Shown piece by piece: positions 11,245 to 24,185 of a stretch of DNA of 64,000 bases. The notes beneath the pieces were generated by a model, which made no database searches, was not told the origin of the DNA, and saw nothing but the letters and a program-made list of their open reading frames with translations. Each line of letters begins with the position of its first letter. Position 1 is the stretch's first letter. The position numbers and the translations under genes were made by a program. Source of the stretch: Malacoraja senta (lineage: Eukaryota); assembly GCA_038087875.1 (NCBI GenBank), contig JAXLNO010002112.1, forward strand, positions 62,001 through 126,000, in the 5' to 3' direction.

Positions 11245-14200
11245 GTAAGCTAGACAGCATTAAAACTACTAAAATAGAAGGGAATATAGATACGGTATGG
11301 AAAGATGGTGAACATAAGTAGTGAGAGGTGCCATGAAACCAAAAGGAAAGAATAAAAGTAAATAGTACAATAGACTCAGATCTGTGAGAAATTTCAAACT
11401 TGACAGAAGATAAAAAGGATAACAGGTTCATTACACACAGATGGATGGGAAATTACAAAGAAAATAGAGCAGCAGCAGAACATGACAGTAGAAAATGACA
11501 GTAAATTTGGCATCCCAGGAAACTAATAAAACAAAATCAAAGACTGGAATCAACTAAGTTCAAGTGAGATAGCAGATGGTACAGGAAAAATAATGGCACT
11601 TAATGACTTACAAATCCACAGTTCTTGGGGGGAAAAAAGCTGTAGTATTCCATATTGTCTTGGTTCAGGAATTAGCTCTTATGATTGGAAAACAACAAAC
11701 ATTTACTTAAAGAAAAATCTGATTGTTTTAACATAATGGATTGTGCAGGATCATGTTAAAATATGTAATAATGCATAACATTGAGGGATCTGGTTCAGGG
11801 TAGGTCCAGCTGGACTGATTGGATTTTCTTTTGGGAAGGGGGGAATTAATGTAGAAGATTGTATTGTTTATGGATACAGTTTATACACTTGAAGGCTTTC
11901 AATAAGGTTCAATATGATAAACTTTGGAATAATAAAAACCCACAGACTGAGGTGAAGCTATTGACCTCAGTGGAAATTTAGTTAGAAAGTAAAAGGCAGA
12001 AATTATTAATAATTGATATGTACAAGTATTTTGAAAAAACCTTTGGTGTCCCTTAAGTTTCTGTGCTGGTGAAATAAATGTGTATCAATGAATTAGATTA
12101 TGCAACAGAGACCATGTAGGGACAATCTTTTGTATTGCTGCACAATGTTTAATGATGTTCCTTTGAACAATTTGAAATGTTTTAATGCATTACGATATAA
12201 TACAAATACAAGTTGCTGCTGTTATGAATATTTCTTGTAAATCTGTCCTGCACAATTTCCCAGGATATTGCCACTGCTCCAAGTTATATTATAAAGTCAA
12301 ATTATATAAACTAGCCTTGTATTTCCTGTACAGTCAAAGATTAATGGGTGATTTGAACCAGATTTGAAGGATTTGGAAAGGAATTGTTAAGGAGGACAAA
12401 GCAAATCCTTTTCTGCTAGTCGGGAGTTCAAGGATGAAGGAATATTAGTTTTAACTAGAAGGCAGGCCGCTTGGGAAGTAGTTCTTCATATTGCAAGTAA
12501 TAGAAGGGTGGAGTATTTGCCCACAAAACATTATCTCTATTAATAATTTTAAATCTGAGGTTTCTAATTCCAGCTCAGGATATTGACTGATATAAAATCA
12601 AGACAAGTAGATGGAGTTAGGGCACCGATCCTACATAATCTCATAAAACGTTGCAGAATGTCTTATCCCATTTTTAAAAATATATATATTTAAATAGTCT
12701 ATTCCACGTTTTTAGGAGGAAATTCCATCTCAGTGGGCTCCAGAAAAAAACATGCATTATCCATCTATAAAATTAAATTGTTTTCTTCCTGCTATTATAT
12801 GTAAGACTGCACTATTGATTTAATTTCCATCTACTACAGGTGGCAACCTGGCACCAGTTGTCTTAACCTGAAGAGAACTCTAAACTGGAAAATCACTGAC
12901 CTCTAGAAAGCCAGAAGCACCTGAATGCCTTCAAGCTGTGGGAATTATTAGGTGCTCTTATTGTGTCTTCCAGATGTTGATAGAGACATGCAAACCCAAC
13001 TTGTAAAAGCAGTTTGTTTTGTTGCTTTGTATTGGGCACAGGCCAAAGGGCGTACTACAACAGCTGGGAGCACATTGTGTGCTCAGTGTAAAGTTTTAGT
13101 CGCTGTCTCCGTTGGAGAGTCACCCACCCTAATTAATAGCAACGCATGAAAAGGCAACATTTCAGCAAATAAACTGCTGCATCATTATTTATCTTCAAGC
13201 TATTTGCATGGGGTTAGTTAGTTAGTATACTGATTAGCAGGTTGCTTATGCAGCTGCCTATATGCAAAACAGCTGAAACGAAAATCGAAAACTAATATTC
13301 CAAATGTGATAACAAAACCCTTGATTATAACGCAGAGTACACCAACTTCCTGTTGCCTCTTCAACATGATTTCAAATTCCAGTGGAAACAAAAACAAGAA
13401 TGAATATTAGTAGCAACATAAAATCGGCCTACATTGTACAAAGCAAGAGAGGTGTTTTTTAATTGAGGCAGGTGGTAGATATGTAGGAAGTGAATTTGAG
13501 CTAAGAACATTGAAGAATTATATAACATGGCAGGGTATTGCATGGATGTTCCACTGGAGATCTTGACAGAAGAGATGGAAAGTAGACTTGCCATTATATC
13601 CTCAGGGAATTAAGGAGGTCCATGCTTGAAGTTCGTGTGCTCAAGAGTTTGTGTGTGGTGTTGGAAGAAGCTCCTTGGTTTCACGCCCTGTAAGTGCTCC
13701 TTCTGGTACATTTTCTTACCACGAGCACCATCTGCCTCAGATGCCACTCAGTGCATACGTCCGATCACTCAGCTCCCAACAACCTACATTAATCAGGACT
13801 TGAATGTTGGATTGCATCTTCATGCTTAGAGGATAGCAGAAAAATAAAAATGACATATGATGGGACATTAAGCAACCATCGCTTAAGTCAGGCCAAGAGG
13901 AAAGAGAAAAACTTAAGGGAGAGGTTCAACACCGTTCTGTTGCAAAGAGCAACAGGTTCTGTTGCAAAGAGCTCATCTGAAGCAATCTAAGGAAGATGCA
14001 CAATGAATGCATAGTTAGCAAGCATGCTCGAGATCTCCAAAATGGAGTGTACAACTAGCTATATTGCAGAGTCTAACCTCTGTTGATTTAGACTTTATTG
14101 CAACACAGATAGCAGCCATAAAGGAATAAAGAATAGCACCAATAGGAATAACAAAGTCATACAGAAGGGAGGCCATATCATTCCTCCAAGCCTGTCCAGC

Positions 14201-17109
14201 ATTCACTTAGATCAAGTATTAGTTGCACAAACCAACTTTTGCCACCTCAGCCTTTAGGCCCTCATATCTTAAAATATAGGCCTGTGCATTCTAATTCTAA
14301 AGCTGTAAAGACAAACCCACTAATTGATATTTCTTTCCTGTCCGTGTTATTTTTATGATCTAATAAAATGAGATCACTATAGTTCTCATAGTTCTTTCAC
14401 CATAGTTCTTTAGATATGTAAGACGCCACTAGAACACTTTCCTCCTGAGGATAGTGGATTGGCCCTTATCCTATTTGTGTTCTTGATACTTACTAACTTT
14501 TCACCATTTTTGAGGTACTCTATTCTACTTAGGTACAAAAACATGCGCCTTGTCAAGATTGCAATCCATTTGTTGCCATTTTTCTCGTTTCCTTAATCTA
14601 TTAATATCAATTTAATTCATTGCTTCTACCTAAACCGCCCTTAATGGCGTGTATTGCGGTGGCGTAGGTATTTTCCGATGCAACATACATTTTGTGACAT
14701 CTGAAAATTTATGGAGATGTGGCTTTCCACTCCTTCATCCATGTATCAACAGATTTTGGGAGTAGTTGTGGTTCCAACGTAGATCCCTGTTGGATCTACT
14801 TACATTCTGCCATTTGGATCCCATGTCCTGATGACAGTATGCCATCCTCGTTGTAATAAATGTTGATGTAACATTTTCATGATTTTTTTTTAATTTTTTA
14901 TATGTTTTCAAGGAATCCTGCTTTGCTTCTGACTTTTCCTAATGTTATAAAAAATATTGATGTTCTTCTTTTTTCAAGCTTTTACTGTTCCGTGGCCATT
15001 TATTGTTCTTGCAATCTATCCTAGTTGACAGGTTCTGGGTGTTGGTTCTTGTATTGAAAGATACATTTTCTTTTAATGTCATGTTTAGCTCTTAGTCATA
15101 GACTACAAATTAGTTGCCAACTGAAACTCTTTCCTCCTGAGGAAACTACACTGGCACTTATCCCATTAAATTCCTTTATGAATACTTCATACTGGTCTTT
15201 GTCTTTTTTTCCCATTACAACTTATTGCAAACCGTCAATGTGTCAGTATTGAAGTGGGCTTGTCTAAGTCTAGAATACTTCATGGCTGTTTTTTCCATTT
15301 TTATTTTAATTACTATATTGATCTTGAATATACAACTACTTTTAAATAAATATCCATGCACTTTCAGGCTGTTAATGAAATCTGATATATAGCTCATTAC
15401 TAATATATCCAGCTATGTTGTCAGCTGTAGGAATGTTTTTGTTGCTGACCACTATCATGATAATTCTTGAGAAATTTACTTCCTTCCTGATAGGGTTTAA
15501 CTGCATCTGTATGGAAGTTGAAATCCTACTGCTAATGAATTACTCCACCCTTGTTACACATTTATCTAATCTTAGAATTTGAGTTTTACGTCTTCAAATG
15601 CTACCAAAACAATACACAGTTCCCATCAGCATTTAAAATTATTTTCTATTTCATAATTCTACTTGTAAGGCTTCCAACTTACCACGGTAACTAGCTTTCC
15701 AATTAATTAGTAATTTTATCATTGACCTCACAATCTCCTCTTCTGGGAATTAGATTTTATTTTGTGCGTCCACCTCTCAAAATCCTGCACCATTTTTCTT
15801 TCAGGCATTCTAAAAAGGAAACCCGCAAATACTTGCATGTTCTCAATGTCTCAACTCACACTGAACTGCACATAGGACTGTCATTGCCAAATGACTCAAA
15901 ATGAGCCTCATCTCCATTGACAAGCATGCATGCATAATTGTCGGTACATTTTTGTGTAATGCTCAGAAAACACTCATTCAAGGCCAATTGAAGTTCTTGT
16001 ATTCAAATCTCATTTAAATATATGTTAATAAATAATTTATGTTTAATGGTTATTAATTTTCACTTCACAGTTGCAGCCTCACAGTCCATTTCTCAAACTT
16101 GCTCTGCAAGTTAGATCTTTACCCTTGCTCCAAATCATAGACTATGTATATTGACAAGTACACTTTGTGAAACATTTTCTCAATGCACTGACCTGCCTCT
16201 CTCTCCAAGTCTACCACCATCAACATCCTAGGGGGTCACCATTGATTAGAAAATCTGCTGGGCCAGGCACCCAAGTACTGTGGCTACAAGAAAAGGCCAA
16301 ATGCTGGGTTGGTTTTGGCACCCTAATGCTTTCCACCATCTTATTCTTTCCACCATAAACAAAGCGCGTCTGAAGCATAATAAAATGCTCTCCAATTGCC
16401 CGGATGAGTGATGTTCTAGCGATACTTGAGATGCTGTCCAGGACAAAGCAGGTCACTTGACTGGTGCTTATCAACCAACCTAACTATTTATTCTCTCCAC
16501 CACTTCCAAACATTTTTGTAGTGTTGTGGCCCTCGAATGCATTGCAGGTGCGTGCCTGGATTATTTCAACAGAGCCTTCCAAACCTATGAACTCTACCAT
16601 CAAGAAGGACAAAGCCAATAGCCATGTCACACACAATTCACTCAGTATTACTCTTGCCTGTCTCGTGCTGCTGTAAGAATGAAAAGTAGTGCAGCTTCAA
16701 ATTTCTACAAATGCTTTGTAACATTGTCTACCTAAGATAATCCTAATAATTAAGATGAATTCTGGGGCGACTGCCTCTTGGTGTTTAAACACAAACTACA
16801 TCTTAACTTGTTCCTGTATCCAATGATTTCCTCAATGTAATTTTTTTAAATTCTGATTTTGGGGACTGGGCACTGTTGGCAAAGCCATCATTTATTGTCC
16901 TTCCTTGATTGCTCATTGAGGTGGTGATGAACCACCATCAACTTAGTGGTTTGCTGGGCTGTTTCAAGTGGCATTTAAGAGTCAACCACAAGCAGTGATT
17001 GAAGTCATATATTGCCCAGATCAGCTAATCCTGGCACATTTCATCTCCTGAAGGACGTTTATGAAACTATAGGTTGTTATGACGTCAATAATTCTTATCA
17101 ATGTTGAGG

Positions 17110-17810
17110 GGGGTTATTGGAGGGGATTTGGAGAGACAGGATCTATCTGCATTTGGAAAAGCAAGGACAAATTAGGGATAGTCAACATGGCTTTGCACAT
17201 GGGAACTTGTGTCTCATGAATTTGATTGAGGTTTTGAGGGAGGTTACCAAGAAAATTGACAAGGGTGGAGCTGTAGACGTTGACTACATGGACATTAGCA
17301 GGGTTTTTTACAATGCCCTGTATGGTAGGCCAGACTGGAAGGTGAGAACTCATGGGATCCAGGAATGAGTCGGTACATTGCATACAAAATTAGCTTGGGG
17401 GAAGGAGTCGGATGGTGACAGTGGTGGATTGTTTTTCAGATTGAAAAGGCTTGTGACCAATGGTGTGCCACAGGAACGGTGCTGCATCCCCTGTTTTGTC
17501 ATATACATTAACAATATAAATGCCTTGATGGTAACTTTGCGAATGGCACCAAGATTGGTGGTGCGATGGACACTGAGAAAATTGTCTAAGATTATAACGG
17601 ATCTAGATCAACTGGGAAAGTGTGTAAAGGAATGGCAGATGGAAATTAACTCAAATTAGTGTGAATTAATGCATTTTGGTAAGTAAAGCAAAACGGGAGT
17701 AAAAAACAGGGCCTTGGGGAGAGTCGTAAAACAGAGAGACCTAGATGCACAGATACATAGTTGCCTGAAAGTGAGAACAAGATAGATAAGGTGGTGAAAA
17801 GGGCAATAAT
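17110..17810 (+). mobile_element. CR1 LINE RT fragment
   Basis: SQHGF..G.LCLMNLIE...AVDVDYMD and VTNGVPQ motifs, frameshifted. Confidence 0.85.
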
Positions 17811-18910
17811 GCCTTTATCTGTTTAATGGTTTACATGGAAGCAAAATTCTTAAATTCTCATATTTCTTTGTTACAAAAAAGGGGAAAATGTGATTCAAAA
17901 GTGAAACAAAAGGCTTCCATTTTATAGCATCTTCACCACCTGGGATGTCCTAAATGACGTATCTAACAAGATACTTTTTGAAGGTCTGTCATAATTTTGA
18001 TGAAGGAACGCAATGGCCTCTGTAACTCTACACCAGCACGATGGACACCTGATCTCCTTAAGGCAACCAAGGATGGTCAAATATATTATCTTGTCAAAAA
18101 TGTAAAATGCTAATAACAAATTAAGTTCTCTTGTCTGAACACTTCATAATGGGCAAAAGCAGTGGTGAGGGTGGGTGTACCCAATCCCACTCCTTCAGGG
18201 ACTGGCTTGTGGTGGATAACAAATCTTCCTTAAATCTCTCTAAAGTTCCCAACTTTTACTTCAGGTAATGTATAAGTCTGCCAAGGGTAAACGTTTCTTA
18301 CTAATCTAATCTATGCTCCTCAGCTTTGTTTCTCAATCAGATCTCTTCTCAGTCTTCTTCATACTGAGGCAAACATTCCCAGCCTTTCCAGTCTCTCCTG
18401 TTAGCTGAAACACTCCACCTCAGCCACATACTGGCAAAAATCCTTTTTCACCCTCGCTAGTGTAATCGCAACCTTTCCATAGTTGTGCCAGCCAAAACTG
18501 CATAAAGTATTCCAGCTGGGGTCCAACTAATGTACTGTCAATCTGATAAAATTATTAATCCAGGACCCCAACTACTTTCTCGAGTGAACATGAAATGTTC
18601 TATAGTATCATTTTGAAAGTGAAATAAAAAAATTCCTCAGTGTCCATGTCAATATTCATGTCTCGGTAAATTCGTAAATCAGATTATGTGCAAATTATGG
18701 TGGTGCTTATATACATCAAAACAAAATACTGAGCTGTGACTTTGTGTTTTGGGACATCTTGATACTGACAAAGGTGTGATCATAAATTCTGTCTTCATTG
18801 CATTTTAGAATATATAATAATAATAAACAGACGAGTATAAGTATTCATTAAGAGTTACAACCCATGTAATTTTTTTTTTTTAATCTGAATATTTAATTTC
18901 TGTTCTTCAG

Positions 18911-19396
18911 ATGGTGATCAACAAATTCAAAGCACTCATTGGAAGTTGTCATACTTCACAACCAACTCATCTGACATATACCCACTGCACAAACGATTTG
19001 TACGGAGCACAATACCAAAGAAAGACAAACAGGAGAAAAGTTTGCTGACTATCTACCAGAGAATGACAGAAGTAAAAGAAATACTACTGCAATGCGAATC
19101 TCTTGTTAAAGTGACCAATTATGTTCTGAGAGAAGCTTTGGGGAAAACTTTGGAGTTCTACCCACTTCCAACCTGTGATCAGAGGCTGAATAATCAGATT
19201 ACCAAAGTTGATCCACTCATTCTTGTTAGGGTTAAGATAAAACCACAGTTACTTTACCAAGTCTTACACTTCCTGAAAGAGCTAGACTGGCTGGTGGATG
19301 CTCATCTAGCAAAAGCGTTCTACACTGTGAAAAAGCTAATGGTTTTTAAGCAAGAAATGATATTGGGAAAGACAAGTAAAACCAATAATGAACATG
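18911..19396 (+). CDS. CEMIP2-like: CEMIP2-like exon: 162-aa extracellular stalk with furin-like KRFVR/S site
   Basis: tgttcttcag|AT acceptor, CATG|gtatgt donor. 486 nt, stop-free, symmetric phase 1-1, so it links the TM exon (phase 1) to the G8 exon (phase 1). Confidence 0.68.
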
Positions 19397-20473
19397 GTAT
19401 GTATTTGTTTATATCTTCTCCTTCCATTTAGATTTGTTGAGATTCTAAATTTAAAAAACATATGTGGAATTTTTGGATAAATATGAATCCAAGGAGGAAC
19501 ATTACATATTTATTGTGTGGAAAACTTCCGATATGTAGGAAGCCATCTGTCAATGATGGTAGACCCTAATTATGAAATTCACCATTGCCATCACCACACA
19601 CGTGCAACCTTTGGTTATCTGAGGGAAAGGATGTTTGAAGATCAGACCCTTTTACAAAACTCATAGTTTCCCAGGCATTTACCAGCATTAATCCTGCTCT
19701 TCCTTATGTTTCTGAGTCTTTGATTACCTACAACAGTCACATAAAAACACTAAAAGGACACCATCAACACTGTCTCTGCAAACTCCTCCAGATTCACCAG
19801 AAAGGTAAGTGAGTCAATGTTAGCACCCTCTCCCATGTCAACATTCCCAGTGTTGATGCCCTTGTTACTCAGTTTGCTCCAATTGAGCAGATCCTGTCAT
19901 TTGCACGCCCAGCATCAGCCTTTTGCAATGGACACCCTTTTCCGAGTACTGTCACAGAGAGAGATTACCATCTTGATTGGGGAGAAAGATTCCACGATGT
20001 TCTCAAAACCTGGAAAAGATAAAATTATCGCATTGACTTCAGGGAATCACTGGCCCATGCTCTTCTCCAAGTAGAGTAAATGCTTTCATTTGGAACTGAG
20101 AATCTAGAGTCAATTGTTCAGAACCACATAGAGCCCAATGTCAAAACCAGAAGAAATACATTACTTCAGAAATTCTCCTCCTGCCCAATCCAAAGACACC
20201 AAGTATTGCACCATATCTGTTTGAGTATGTTTCATACTGTCCTCAGCAATTTGACCTTCAGAACCTGCAGAATTGGAGTAGCAACAAGTCATCCTTGCCA
20301 TGAGAGATAAGGGATATATCATTATAAGGCTGATCCCAAAGAGAAACAAATATGAAGCAAAATACTATAATGACAGCTACACAATGTAATTCGATAAATT
20401 AATCATTAAGAACGCAGAAATATAATGAACTATCCTCTCTAGTTTTGTGGACACTTAACCACCTGTAGATTGT

Positions 20474-21869
20474 GTAGGAAAGAACTGCAGATGCTGGTTT
20501 AAATCGAAGGTAGACACAGAATGCTAGAGTAACTCAGCGGGTCAGGCAGCATCTCTGGAGAGAAGGAATGGGTGATGTTTTGGGTCGAGACCCTTCTTCA
20601 GACTGATGTCAGGGGAGTGGGCGGGACAGAGATAGAATGTAGTCGGAGACAGGACTGGTGGGAGAACTAGGAAGGGGGAGGGGATGGAGACAGATGGAAC
20701 GCAAGGGCATTTGAAGTTAAATAAGTCAATGTTCATACCGCTGGGGTGTAAGCTACCCAAGCAAAATATGAGGTGCTGTTCCTCCAATTTGTGCTGGGCC
20801 TCACTCTGACAATGGAGGAGACCCAGAGCAGAAAGGTCAGATTGGGAATGGGAGGGGGAGTTAAAGTACTGAGCAACAGGGAGATCAGGTAGGTTGAGGC
20901 GGACCGAGCGGCGGTGTTCAGCGAAACGATCGCCGAGCCTGCGCTTGGTCTCACCAATATACTGATGTTGATACCTGGAACAGCGGATGCAGTAGATGAG
21001 GTTGGAAGAGGTGCAGATGAACCTCTGCCTCACCTGAGCAGACTGTCGGCGCCCTTGGATGGAGTCGAGGGTGGAGGCAAAGGGACAGGTGTTGCATCTC
21101 CTGCAGTTGCAGGGGAAAGTACCTGGGGAGGGGGTGGGAAGGGACGAGTTGACCAGGGAGTTGCGGAGGGAACGGTCTCTGCGGAAAGCGGAAAGGGGTG
21201 GAGATGGGAAGATGTGGCCAGTAGTGGGACCATGTTGGAGGTGGCGAAAGTGTTGGAGGACATCTCCAATGATCTAGTATGGAAAACCCTAAAGAATGAG
21301 GAAATCTCTGATGATCTAGTATGGGAAACATCGGAGATGTCCTAATTCTTTAGGAAACGCAGGTTCCCCACCCATTATAGATGAGGCTCTCACTAGGGCC
21401 TCCTCGATATCCCACAGCTCCGCTCTTGCTCCCCCCGCCCACATTCGCAACAAGGACAGAGCGCCCCTTGTCCTCACCTTCCACCCCATCAGCCGTCGCA
21501 TACAGCACATAATCCTCCAACACTTTCACCATCTCCAACGGGATCCCACTATTGGCCACATCTTCCCATCTCCATTGTCAGAGGTCCAGCGCATATTGGA
21601 GGAACATCACCTCATATTTCGCTTGGGTCGCTTACACCCCAGCGGTATGAACATTGACTTCTAACTTCAAATATCCCTTGCTTTGCCTCCCTCTCCATCC
21701 TCTCCCCATCCCATTTCTCCCACCAGTCTTACTGTCTCCGACTACATTCTATCTCTGTCCAGCCCACTGACCTGACAGTCTGAAGAAGGGTCTCAACCCG
21801 AAACATCACCCATTCCTTCTCTCCAGAGATGCTGCCTGACCCGCTGAGTAACTCCAGCATTTTGTGTCT
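20474..21869. mobile_element. Penelope-like retroelement (GIY-YIG endonuclease end) in inverted configuration
   Basis: Minus ORF 20542-21033 NLIYCIRCSR...YIGETKRRLGDRFAEH is a GIY-YIG endonuclease. An inverted partial copy lies at 21340-21869, with hammerhead motifs at both ends. 16-bp TSD ACCACCTGTAGATTGT at 20458-20473 and 21870-21885. Confidence 0.9.
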
Positions 21870-22924
21870 ACCACCTGTAGATTGTCAGGTTTGTGAGGAT
21901 AGTTCATTACATTTCCACGCTCTAAAGGATTAATTTATCAAATTACATTGCATTTATGGTTTGTACAAAAACTGAAGTCTCAGACATACTGACAGATATT
22001 TGCTGACATTTTGTCCACTGGATACTTCAGTGCGAAGATGTCACTAGTCACAAGCATTTCAGTTCAGGAATATGCCTTAACAGCCTGTCTCAGAATGGAC
22101 TGGCATGAAAACTATCTCCATTTATTTCAATGCAGTGGATCTGCTCCAAAATGTCACGGTAACTCTGAAGTTACTGTATAATTCTTTTGAATTCTTTGAA
22201 TATATTTATAACATTGCATTTATTTTATTTTTAAGTAAAATATTTGTTTTATTTTTTAAACATACACAGCTGGGGATGGATAGCTTACCCAAAGGATATG
22301 TTTTTCCAGCAGTATGTAGCTGGGACCTATTCTGGCCCCACCACATAACAAGATATATATTGAAGCATTCCCATGTAGCAGAAGGCCTCATCCATTACTT
22401 GAAAGATTTTGTGCCACAATTCCTACTTTTGTAAACCATGCAAAGATAATGTGGTTTGCTGCAGATGACAAATTTGTTGCTTTTGAGTACTTTTAATTAT
22501 GAAATAGGAATATGATCCCAGAGGTGGCTTTTCCAATTATCCAATACTTTGAATTCCGCTGAGGATTGAGAATGACTTGCTTCCACTCTTCTGTGTGTTC
22601 TGAGATGATGATGAGACTAATGATGGGAATCACAGACTCCAATACAGGAGGGCGGTGGTGCTTGATGCGAATGTAAGTAGTTTGGGATGTGGTTCACTGC
22701 TTATGCCATTTACACTGGGCTTCTGTGCACTTCCAAAGGAACATGAATATCTCAAGGCCTCCCTGATTCCCAGGAGCCAGTGGTGATGTTACAGTTTTCA
22801 AAGAGGCTTTGAGAACTCCCTAATGTTTTCCTCTGTCCACTTGATTATATTTTGCTGTGACAATACTCAGAATAGACTGTCAGGCACGTGAGTGATGTGC
22901 TCATTGGAGCCAAGCTAGTGTAAT

Positions 22925-23770
22925 TAGAAATAAAAACAAGATGTTGAAGATGCTCAGCGGGCCAGGCAGCATATGTGGAGAGAAGAAGAGTTAATGTTTC
23001 AGGTGAATCACTTTCCTTCAGAACTGGAATATGTGTTTTAAATTGCAGAGAAGAGGAGGGCCAGAGAGAATAAAAGGAATGTTTGTGAACGACTGGAGAC
23101 CAAGGTTGACCAACATCTGCAACATCAAAAAGAGGATAGTACAGGCTTACAAATCATAGCTAATCTTTCTGTAAGAGATGTAAGTGGAAATAAATAATAA
23201 ATGGGGACAGAGAAGAGAGGGACAAAACACTGCTGAAATTTTGAAATGTAGAACCTATCAGTTGCTGCAAAATCTTAAATAATAGAAATTCATGATTACT
23301 CAGAAGATCAGTTACCAACTACGGAGAGAAGAAAACAAACTTAATGTTAACGCTTCAGGATCTTCTATCAGAACTGGCAGGTTCTAACGCATAGAAAAGT
23401 GGCTGGTTACATTAAGTTGCATTCAATATGGGGTCCCAATGTTTGCAACATGTTAGATGAAAGATAAGGTGCTATTCCTCAAGCTTGTAATGGGCTTTGT
23501 TGGAACAAAATAGGGAGGCAAAAACACATGGGTCAAAATGGAAGAGGGATGAAAAATTAATGTTACAGGCAACTGGAAGCACACAACACTCTTGCCGATG
23601 GAACAGAGGTGCTGTCATAACTGTATTTAGTTTCTCCGCATCATGAGGACAGGACTTAGTACACCAAATTGGCAGGAGAGCAAATAATACTTTACCTGGA
23701 AGGGGTCCCAGGATGATGGAATGGGAGGTGATGCAAGGAAAGGTGATGTATCTGTTACTGTCGTGTGGAA
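22925..23770 (-). mobile_element. Older degenerate Penelope copy with tandem pLTR remnants
   Basis: pLTR-like segments at about 22925-23030 and 23260-23380; 23466-23620 resembles 20770-20910. Confidence 0.55.
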
Positions 23771-23794
23771 ATGGTTGGTTACAATAGAATCACC

Positions 23795-24185
23795 ACAGCA
23801 CAGTGGTTGGCACTGTTGCCTCAGTTTGATCCTGAGCTCAGGTGATGTCTGTAGAGTTTTCACCTTCTTCCCATGACCATGCGATTTTATGCCAGGTTGT
23901 TGGGTGTTCCCCTACATCCCAAAGACATGCTGGTTGGTAAGCTGGAGATTTGTCTGTGTGGAGTTTGCACATTCTCCCTGTGACCACGTGGGTATCCTCC
24001 AGGTGCTTCGGTTTCCATCCACATCACAAAGGTAGATTCATTGGCCACTGTAAATTTTGCTTAACGTGTCAGTGAATGTTAGAATCTGGAGGGGAGTTAA
24101 TGTGAATATGAGGGAAATAAAGTGGGTGCTTGATGGTCAGTAAGGTCTCAATAGGCTGAACACCCATTTCCATGCTTTATATGTC
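23795..24185 (+). mobile_element. HE1-like V-SINE with internally duplicated core
   Basis: The V-domain core (GGAGTTTGCAC.TTCTCCC.GTGACC) occurs twice. Confidence 0.65.
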
